From assembly GCA_903847095.1 (NCBI GenBank), contig CAINCQ010000041.1:72292-136291 (forward strand): 64,000 nucleotides of DNA, read 5' to 3'. The stretch comes from an uncultured bacterium (GTDB taxonomy: Bacteria > Patescibacteriota > Minisyncoccia > Minisyncoccales > UBA5738). The notes under the pieces are model-generated. The model made no database searches. It was not told the origin of the DNA and worked only from the letters and a program-made list of their open reading frames with translations. Of this stretch, positions 44,525 to 52,600 are shown piece by piece (the first letter of the stretch is position 1; every line of letters begins with the position of its first letter). The translations under genes were made by a program, and so were the position numbers.

Positions 44525-45643
44525 TTATCTGAAAGAATAGGCCAATTCGTAAATTATACCCCCGATAAAAAATATTAGTAAGGGATAAGCGATGAATTTC
44601 CGATCCGGCCAAATTTTTTCATACATCAAAACAATCATTATTCCATCGATACTTAAGAGTATTCCGCCCACAAAGGAGAAGATGGCAATAAAATCCTTGA
44701 TTCCGGCCAGATAGAGCGTAAGCGGAGTAAGAACCGTAACCACCCAAGCCACGCGCTTATCCAGCTTCAAATCGTAAGCCAGGATTTTTTTTAAAGTGAG
44801 ACCAATAATAATGAACGAGGTAAAGCTGGTAATGAATCCGAATAAAAAACAAAGCGCCAGTAAATTACCGCCAAAAAGTGCCCTAAGGCCCATCAATGCC
44901 GATTCGGTCGTGGCTTGGCCGGTGAGGCCAAGGATCATCACGGTAAAGACGGAATAAGCGAAAAGAGATATTGCCGAAGACCAAAAAATAACTGGTTTGA
45001 GAAATTTTTTTCGCTTTTCCCGACCCAGCATTTCTTCAACCTCGGGAATCGATGACGAAGCCCATAAAGCAAAAAGCACGGCCCCGTAAGGCAGAAAAAA
45101 ATCCTTGGGATTCCCTGAATTCGCCGACAGATTGCTTAATTGGAAAAATGGCAGGCCAACGATCGTAATGGCGCCCAAGATCAAAAAAAAGGCGATCAGT
45201 CCCCATAATTCTATTTTTGAAACCAAGTTTATCCCGAAATAGATCAGGATTGATCCGGCTAAAAAATAAACAACGCTAAAAACGCTATCAGGCGCATTCA
45301 CCCAGGGAGAAAGAAAACTTTGCAGGAATTGGCCGCCAATCACCATGAAGGCGATCATCGATGCCAAAAATCCGACAATCGTGCAAACAAGCGCTATTCT
45401 CTCGCCCCACGCGCCCAAATGCACCTTGGCAAATCCGGGAAACCTTTTATAATCGGGTGTTGCCAGCGAGACTTCGGCAAACATCAAATGCACGGCGACC
45501 GCCACGGTACCCAATACCAGGAAATAGGCTGCCATGACCCAAATCCCGACTCGTGAAGCGATATAGGGCAACGCGAAAATTCCGATACCGATGGTGGTAT
45601 TGCAAAGGGTTGCTAACGAGTATATCGGAAATTTTTCTTTCAT
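44525..45643 (-). CDS. amino acid permease
   Basis: About 11 TM helices and the N-terminal motif TIGIGIFALPY typical of amino acid/aromatic amino acid transporters. ATG 45643 lies 1 nt after the upstream stop and is preferred over 45682. Confidence 0.7.
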   Translation of the reverse strand: MKEKFPIYSLATLCNTTIGIGIFALPYIASRVGIWVMAAYFLVLGTVAVAVHLMFAEVSLATPDYKRFPGFAKVHLGAWGERIALVCTIVGFLASMIAFMVIGGQFLQSFLSPWVNAPDSVFSVVYFLAGSILIYFGINLVSKIELWGLIAFFLILGAITIVGLPFFQLSNLSANSGNPKDFFLPYGAVLFALWASSSIPEVEEMLGREKRKKFLKPVIFWSSAISLFAYSVFTVMILGLTGQATTESALMGLRALFGGNLLALCFLFGFITSFTSFIIIGLTLKKILAYDLKLDKRVAWVVTVLTPLTLYLAGIKDFIAIFSFVGGILLSIDGIMIVLMYEKIWPDRKFIAYPLLIFFIGGIIYELAYSFR

Positions 45644-45644
45644 T

Positions 45645-46070
45645 TTATCCGACGTATATTGGTTTTGATTCCCATCCGACATAGCTGTGTTCCAGCTCTA
45701 TGATGTATTTTTCTATAGTCGTGTCCGGATAGGCGGATAAAATGATCGTTTTCGCCTGCTCCAGGATATTTTTGTAATGCTCGATTTCCGTCTCTTTATC
45801 CTTGAAACTCTCCGAACCGCCATAGGCTCCGCAATCCATATGCATTGTGAGGATGATACCCTGACAGTTATGCAATTTTTTTGAAATCTCTATCTGGTTC
45901 AAAAAATATGCGCGCGTCGGCTCTTCTATCAAACCTTTCAACGATCCGGCCGTAATGCAAAGGTCGCAGCCGTCGTGGCGTTCCAAAAAATGATTTTCCA
46001 GCTGCGGATGAAGACGCCAATCAAGACAGTCGAACAAAAGCCAGATTTTTTTATTGGGATCCGATGACAT
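45645..46070 (-). CDS. hypothetical protein
   Basis: From ATG 46070 (MSSDPNKKIWLLFDC...). The track's longer start, 46160, runs through tRNA-Val. Confidence 0.45.
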   Translation of the reverse strand: MSSDPNKKIWLLFDCLDWRLHPQLENHFLERHDGCDLCITAGSLKGLIEEPTRAYFLNQIEISKKLHNCQGIILTMHMDCGAYGGSESFKDKETEIEHYKNILEQAKTIILSAYPDTTIEKYIIELEHSYVGWESKPIYVG

Positions 46071-46103
46071 GGTTATTAAATTATTTTGTTGCTTATTTTC
46101 TGT

Positions 46104-46175
46104 GGACGATACTGGGTTCGAACCAGTGGCCTTTCCGATGTGAACGGAACGCTCTACCACTGAGCTAATCGTCCA
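46104..46175 (-). tRNA. tRNA-Val (anticodon CAC), CCA not encoded
   Basis: The reverse complement folds as a 72-nt cloverleaf: acceptor GGACGAT/ATCGTCC, D-arm GCTC-AGTGGTA-GAGC, anticodon stem TTCCG/CGGAA with loop TTCACAT, T-arm ACTGG-TTCGAAC-CCAGT. Confidence 0.9.
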
Positions 46176-46253
46176 TGCCTAATAACGGCTTGCGCCGGAT
46201 TGCTTATTGTATCATTTTAAAAAAATATTTAAAGATGGAAGGTGGCGTTACCC

Positions 46254-46279
46254 AAAAGGAGGGCGTGCGCCCTCCTTTT
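46254..46279 (-). terminator. intrinsic terminator (A/T-flanked) after the 1012-aa surface-protein gene
   Basis: aaaaggagggcg-tg-cgccctcctttt, a perfect GC-rich stem 20 nt beyond the stop at 46299. Confidence 0.7.
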
Positions 46280-46298
46280 GGTTTGTAAGCCGGCTGGT

Positions 46299-49200
46299 TT
46301 AGACGAACCGGTCGGTAATCTTTTGGGCTTTGAGTTTGGCCCGTTGCAGATCAAGCACTTTCCGGGATTTGTAGACCAGGTAGTTCCGTTTCTTTTGGTC
46401 CAGCCACTCTTCGAACTTGATGAGCTTGGCTTTGAACGCCCAGATCAGGAACAGAGCCACGCCGGCCGGGATCACGAACGAATCAATGAAGGGATTGTTG
46501 GTGAAACCGGTAGATACGGTCGTCGCGCCTTGAACCATGGTCTTGGAAACCGATACGGTTGCCGTGTCGGAGTCCGAGCACGAATTCGTATCGCAGGTGG
46601 CTTTCGCCGTGTTGGTAAGGACAGTCTGTCCGAAGTTGAAATTATCCTTTGAGGCCACATAGGCATTAAAGGTAATCGTCTTGGAATCACCGCTGTCGAT
46701 ATTGCCCAGGTCGATACCCGAGACTAAGTTGTCGGAAATCCTGGTGCCGTCAACGGCAATGCCTTGGGCATTGGAGATGCCATTGGGGAGAATATCTGTC
46801 AAGACTACGTTTTTCAAATTCCCACCCGAGGCTTCAACCTTGATCTTAAAGGAAACCACGTCGCCCGGAGCGGCCGCGACCGAATCGGAGTAAGCGGTAC
46901 CGTTCGAAAGGTTGCTCACCAGCTTATCGATCGAGACATTGCCCTTTTGGGTTGAGCCGCAGCTTTCCACGCTGATCGTAGTGTTATCCTTGACATTGAT
47001 CTCGCCATTGTCGCTTACCACCTTAACGTAAGGTTTGTAGGTGCCGCTCTTGGAATAATCGCAGAGATCCTTGGCGGTATAGGTCTCGGTGCTGACGGTG
47101 ACCGTTTTGTCCCAATCGCCATCGCCATCGCAGGAGAAATAGTAAGTGTATTCGTCGCTATCGTGTCCCCGAGTGCTGAGTTCGGCGTACAGGTCGACGC
47201 CGTTCAACGGCGCGCAACCGTTATCGGGTTTCCCGCTCAGCGAAACCGAAGGCGTGTTGGATCCCCCGCCGCCTCCGCATCTTATCGCGGAAACGATGGC
47301 CGTCGCCGTGTCGGTGAGGCCGAGAGCCGTTGTTTTGACCGCGGCCGTGTAATCACTGGTGGCCGTGTAATCGCAAAGATCGGCAGCCGTGTATTTGCGG
47401 GCGGTGGTCGTTATTGTTTTTTCGTAAGTACCGTCGTTGGTACAATCAAAGTAATAAGTGATCTCGTCGCTCGCGTTCCCGCCCGTTAAGGTAGCTTCGG
47501 CGGTCAGGCTATCCTTTTTAATAGGCGCGCATCCGGTCTTGGTACTGGTCGTTAAAGTCGCGTCCAGCCCGATATCGGCCTTGTTCTTGACCAAGACATT
47601 CATGGTGTCGGTGCCGGATCCGCAGCTATTGGTAACCTTTAGCGTGCAGACGTAATAAGTATCCTGAGTGACCGTAGAGGCCTTGAACGTGGCATTGGCA
47701 CTGGAAGCGTTCTCGACGCTTCCGCCATTGCAAGTCCAGGCATAGGTCAAGTCCGATCCCGTGGCTGATCCGCTAAGGGTCGTTGATCCGGATTCGTAGA
47801 TTTCCAAATCTTGCCCGGCATTGGCCGTGGGCAGATTGCCCGAAACCGTGACCGTCACGCTATCGGTTGCCGATCCGTCTTCGCCGGTACAATTTAAAGT
47901 ATAGGTTTTAGGAGCATCGATCGTTCCCAGGGCCTCCGAGCCGCTCACCGCCTTGACCCCCGACCAGGCGCCTGATGCCGTGCAGGAGGTCGCGTTGGTG
48001 CTAGTCCAGGTAAGAGTGAAACCGGCTTGGCAAACGACAGATGAAGGACCGGTAAGGTCAACAGTCACCGGCTTAGCGGTATGTTCGCAGACTCCGTCGC
48101 CTTGGCAAACCGATCCGGCAGCGCAATTTTGATTTCCGCCCCATTCCAGGCATTCGTCGAGGTCGTAGTTGCCGCAGGTCTGAACCTGACCACTGGAACA
48201 GCGCTTGGCTCCGGCGGTCGAGCATTCGTTGGTACATTTGGTGACGCATTGTGCGCCATCGCATTTTTTATTTGTTAGAGCGCAATTATCCTGGTTTACC
48301 CATTCCCTGGTTTCGGTGCATTGCTGGTAAGAGCATCCCCGATTGATCCTTTCCCTTTGGGTCCAGTCGGCGGAACAGCGGTAATTTTCGGTCCAAAGGC
48401 TTACGCCGCAGTCTTGGTAAAGCTCTTGTTTGTTGTTGCAGGAATCGTACCAATACAGGTTGTTACCATCGCATTGTTTCTTCGTGTGGCTGGTGCAACC
48501 GCATTGGCCGTTTGAGCAGGTCTGGCCGGACGCGCACATCACGGTTCCGCCCCAATCGAGGCAGGAATCGCTGTCAAAATGTCCGCAACCTTCCACTCCG
48601 CCACCACTGGCGCAACGTTTGTCGCCTAAAGAGCATTCGTCGGTGCAGGTCGATATGCACTGTCCGCTGCCGGAGCAAACTTGTCCGGACGGGCAATCGG
48701 CCGCGCAGCCCCACTCGGTGCAGGTGTCGGTGTCGTAGTTACCGCAGGTTTCCACCTTGCCGTTAGCGCAGCGCTTGGCGCCGGAGGTGCATTCGTTATT
48801 ACAAGATGCGACGCATTCCCCGGATTCACATTTTTTACCGGCGCCGCACTCGACCGCTATCCATTGAAAACAAGATTTTCCGTTCAATCCGCAATATTTA
48901 TAAGCCGTGCCGGAAGCGCAGGCTTTCTGGCCAACGGTGCATTCGTTTTGGCATTCGGGCTGACAAGTGCCGAAAGTCGAAGATTTTATCCAATTATCGC
49001 AGACATATCCCCCGGAGCATTTTTTAGGATAACTCCAGGTGTAGCATCCGTTGGAACCTTTAACGCAATCGTTGTAATACACGTCGTCAGCGCATTTGGT
49101 CGTGCCGGGCGTGCAGATGCTGGTGCAGGGTGGTACTATTTTCCGGCAGTAAGTACTGCCGCCTGTTCCGACACATTCATTGCCGGCACCGCAGTCGTCA

Positions 49201-49334
49201 TCAAAACAGCAGGTTCCGCAAGCGGAAACGCCACTGGCGTAAAAAACGCCAACGGCAACTGCGAATATAGACAACGCGATTACCGCTGCCTTTAAAAAAT
49301 AACCGGTTAAACAAGTAATTGATTTGGACATCAT
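46299..49334 (-). CDS. giant Cys-rich repeat surface protein (~1012 aa), paralogue of 49659-55127
   Basis: From ATGATG at 49334 (MMSKSITC..., TM/signal anchor). Has about 7-8 diverged 8-Cys units (48075-49230), an Ig-like module (TVDLTGPSS...TLTWTSTNA), a PKD-like module (AGQDL...LTYAWTCNGG), two CAPxxx-DL modules, a DUF11-like domain and a C-terminal TVSTGF-TM-KAK anchor. Confidence 0.8.
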   Translation of the reverse strand: MMSKSITCLTGYFLKAAVIALSIFAVAVGVFYASGVSACGTCCFDDDCGAGNECVGTGGSTYCRKIVPPCTSICTPGTTKCADDVYYNDCVKGSNGCYTWSYPKKCSGGYVCDNWIKSSTFGTCQPECQNECTVGQKACASGTAYKYCGLNGKSCFQWIAVECGAGKKCESGECVASCNNECTSGAKRCANGKVETCGNYDTDTCTEWGCAADCPSGQVCSGSGQCISTCTDECSLGDKRCASGGGVEGCGHFDSDSCLDWGGTVMCASGQTCSNGQCGCTSHTKKQCDGNNLYWYDSCNNKQELYQDCGVSLWTENYRCSADWTQRERINRGCSYQQCTETREWVNQDNCALTNKKCDGAQCVTKCTNECSTAGAKRCSSGQVQTCGNYDLDECLEWGGNQNCAAGSVCQGDGVCEHTAKPVTVDLTGPSSVVCQAGFTLTWTSTNATSCTASGAWSGVKAVSGSEALGTIDAPKTYTLNCTGEDGSATDSVTVTVSGNLPTANAGQDLEIYESGSTTLSGSATGSDLTYAWTCNGGSVENASSANATFKASTVTQDTYYVCTLKVTNSCGSGTDTMNVLVKNKADIGLDATLTTSTKTGCAPIKKDSLTAEATLTGGNASDEITYYFDCTNDGTYEKTITTTARKYTAADLCDYTATSDYTAAVKTTALGLTDTATAIVSAIRCGGGGGSNTPSVSLSGKPDNGCAPLNGVDLYAELSTRGHDSDEYTYYFSCDGDGDWDKTVTVSTETYTAKDLCDYSKSGTYKPYVKVVSDNGEINVKDNTTISVESCGSTQKGNVSIDKLVSNLSNGTAYSDSVAAAPGDVVSFKIKVEASGGNLKNVVLTDILPNGISNAQGIAVDGTRISDNLVSGIDLGNIDSGDSKTITFNAYVASKDNFNFGQTVLTNTAKATCDTNSCSDSDTATVSVSKTMVQGATTVSTGFTNNPFIDSFVIPAGVALFLIWAFKAKLIKFEEWLDQKKRNYLVYKSRKVLDLQRAKLKAQKITDRFV

Positions 49335-49577
49335 GATATTTTCCGAAGCGATCTTTTCGGGATAACTTCGGCATTTTTTATTATTGTTGCGAACCACGGG
49401 TTTGCCTGTGGACAAAAAGAGTCGCCGGAGGCTAATTACTCTTTTGGAATAAAAAACCGCCGTCTTCCTTACCGCTTTGTCGGAAGGAAGGAAACCCCTG
49501 GTCTCCTGTTTCAATGAAACAGAGAAGGACTTAGGTGCTCCGCCCCGCATAATACGGGATATTATATTACTATCTAT

Positions 49578-49605
49578 ATTATACATTATTTATTTAAAAT
49601 GTCAA
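49578..49605 (-). promoter_or_regulatory. sigma70-type promoter (TTGACA-N16-TATAAT) ~240 nt upstream of the 49334 start
   Basis: The minus strand reads ttgaca ttttaaataaataatg tataat, located between the two giant genes. Confidence 0.5.
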
Positions 49606-49658
49606 GTATGTTTATGTAATCACCTTAAGCTCCGACCGGCAATTCTGAGAAAACGATG

Positions 49659-52600
49659 TCAGTCTATGAAACGGTCTGTTATGCGTTTTACCTTTAATTG
49701 GGCTATTTTGGCCCCAAGCTTTTTTTGCGATTGGAATTTAGTGAATGCAATGCGTCTTAAATCAAGCCAAGCCTCAATAGCTAAAATTTTGGCTTTTAGC
49801 GTCCAAATTAGGAGAAGCGATAGGCTTAGAGGGATCACAAAGGAATCGACAAACGGATTATCGGTAAAGCCGGTTGAGACCGTGGTAATACCTTCGATTT
49901 CCGCCCTTTGGACAACCACATCGGCCGTATCGGAATCGCTGGTACCTTTGCCGCGCGCGGTTGCGGTGTTGGTGATAGTCGTTTGTCCGTAGTTGAACTC
50001 CGACGCTTTGGCCACGGTAGCGGTAAACGAAACGGTTACCGTATCCCCGTTATTAAGATCGTCCAGTGTCAAACCATTCGCCAGATCATTGTTTACCGTC
50101 CGTCCGTCGATTCTGATATCGCGGGGATTGGAGATACCTCTAGGTAAAATATCAGTGATTTTTAATTCTCGTACATTATCCGACACGGCTTCGATCACGA
50201 TTTTGAAATTGACGAAATCGCCGGGTAAGGCGTTCACCGAATCAAAGTATCCGGCCCCGCGGGAAAGATTGCTTACGGTTTTATCAACCTTAATTCTTCC
50301 GTTCACTCCGGCGCAATCATCGGTATTTATTACCAGAGAGTCCTCATCCGACCGGCCGCTATTTTCAACTTTGACCCTGGCGGTATAATTATCAGCGCTA
50401 TCGTAGTCGCACAATCCGCGAGCCGTGTAGGTCGTGGCCGTAGTGGTGATGGTTTTGTCCCATGTTCCGTCATCCTCGCAGTCAAAATAATAGGTATACT
50501 CGTCATCGCTCTGGTTGTCGTAGCCGGTTATATGAGCCGTAAGATCGACGTTGCTCAAAGGCGCGCACCCGTTATCGGGGCGGGCCGTGAGGTCGACATT
50601 AAATTCGGTGCTCGCGCAACTTTTTACCTTCACATCGACGGTATCACTGGCTTCGTTGCCGTTGATCTCGACCGTAACTTTGGCGGTATGGGTTGCCGCC
50701 GTTTTGTAATCGCAAAGGTCTTTGGCAGTATAAGTATCATTGCTTGTGGTAATGGTTTTATCCCAGTTCCCATCGTTATCACAATCGAATCGATAAGTGA
50801 ATTCGTCGGAATTATTACCGGCGCTATCGTAATTAGCGATCGTGGCGATCAGATCTACATTGTTCAAGGGCTTACAACCGCCGGTAGGCTCGGTTTTGAG
50901 CCGGACCGTGAATTCTTGACCGCAATCATTCGCTCCGATCATCACACTGTCGGTTGCTTCCTTGCCGGATTCGGATCCTTCAACCTTCACTTTAGCGCGA
51001 TAATCGTTGGCGGTTTGATAATCACACAAATCGCGAGCCGTGTAGGTCGTGGCCGCAGTAGTGATGGTTTTGTCCCAATTTCCATCGCCTTCGCAAGAGA
51101 AGTAGTAGGTATATTCACTGTCTTGGTCTCCTTGGATGTCGGAAACCTTGGCCGTGAGATCCACATTATTCAAGGGCGCGCAGCCATTGTCGGGGCTCAC
51201 GCTTAGATTCACCGAAAATTGGCCGGTTACTATATTTTTTACAGCTATATTGACCGTGTCGCTATCGATTTTACCGCAATTGTTGGTTACTTTAAGGGTA
51301 CAGGTATAAACCGTGTCGCGTGATATTTCGGCTGCGAAGAAAGTTGGCCGGGCGGTATCGGCGTTATCAAGGGTTCCGCCGTTACAGGTCCAGGTGTAAG
51401 TTAAATCATTGTCATCAGAACCGGAAGTCGAGTTGGAACCATCCAACTGGATATCCTCACTTTCATCGATCTTTAAATCATCTCCGGCATCGGCGTTTGG
51501 GTTGACGGTTTTTACGCTGATAGCAATGTTGTCGGATGTTGATCCGCCTAAACCAGTGCATTTAAGAGTGAAAGTTTTATTGGCTGTAATATTGTCGATC
51601 GTTTCCGATCCGGATGTTTCCTTGGCCCCCGACCATCCGCCGGAAGCAGCGCAAGTTTGGGCATTAGTCGAGGTCCAGGTCAAGGTAGCCGATCCTTGGC
51701 AAGAAACGGAACCGGGACCAGCAAGATCGACTGTCGGTTTATCGGTTCCGCAATCTTTCGAGCAGCTGGTTTTCGTTTCTCCGCAGTCGGAATTGCATTT
51801 TCCGTCTCCACAAAAGTAGCACTGGCCGTTGCACTTATCGTAACCGCTCCACCCGGCGCATGAGTTAGAACCATAGTTTCCGCAGGTACGGCCGGAAGTA
51901 CCAGAGCACTGGTGGTCTCCCAAAGTACACTGGTCGCTGCAGCCCTTAACACAGCCACCATCCTGGCAAGCGTAACCAGTTGAGCAATTTTTAACCGCGG
52001 ACCATTCGTAGCAAGAATCAAGATCATATTTTCCGCAAGTCCTGTATCCGGAATCGCCGGAGCATTCCTTTTCGCCGGGCGAACATTCATCGGAACAAGA
52101 ATTTACGCAGCTGCCATTCTGGCAACCATAGCCAAAGCTACAGTCTTTTGACACACCCCAAACGGAACAACCCTGCGAGTTCTTGGCGCAGATTTGATAA
52201 GCGGAATCTCCGGAGCATTGTTTCTGGCCCAACGAACATTCGTCGGAACAGGATCTTACGCAAACCCCGTCTTGGCAAACATAACTATTGGTACAGTTTT
52301 TTACCGTACCCCATTCCAAACATTTATCGGAATCGTAGTTTCCGCAAATACGATAGCCCGCATCGCCGGAACATTCTTTGGCACCGCTGATACATTCGTC
52401 GGAGCAGGAAGAAACGCAGCTGCCATTCTGGCAGGCGTAACCATTGTTGCAATCAGTGGTAGAACCCCAAACATAACAACCGCTGGAACCTTTCACGCAA
52501 GTTTGGTAGCCGCCGGTTCCCGAACATTGCTTGGATCCGGAAGTACATTCATCGGAGCATGACCTGACACAACTGCCATTCTGGCACGCGTAGCCGGTGG

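Noticed and set aside
45645-46160. The 171-aa version of the ORF, starting at 46160
   Set aside because: Its first 30 codons run through tRNA-Val (46104-46175). The start was trimmed to ATG 46070.
49440-49500. Possible c-di-GMP-I (GEMM-I)-like riboswitch, because of an ACAAAGC-containing hairpin in the leader of a surface-protein gene
   Set aside because: Only a 6-7-nt resemblance to the ACGCAAAGC core. The paired P1/P2 architecture and the GGCAAAC/GAAA tetraloop-receptor features are not present. It is kept only as a generic structured leader.
48681-51206. Long plus-strand ORFs antisense to the giant genes (48681-49295, 49993-50388, 50532-51206 and others)
   Set aside because: They are antisense to well-supported CDSs, have no SD or promoter, and show no motifs. 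This is typical shadow-ORF behaviour.
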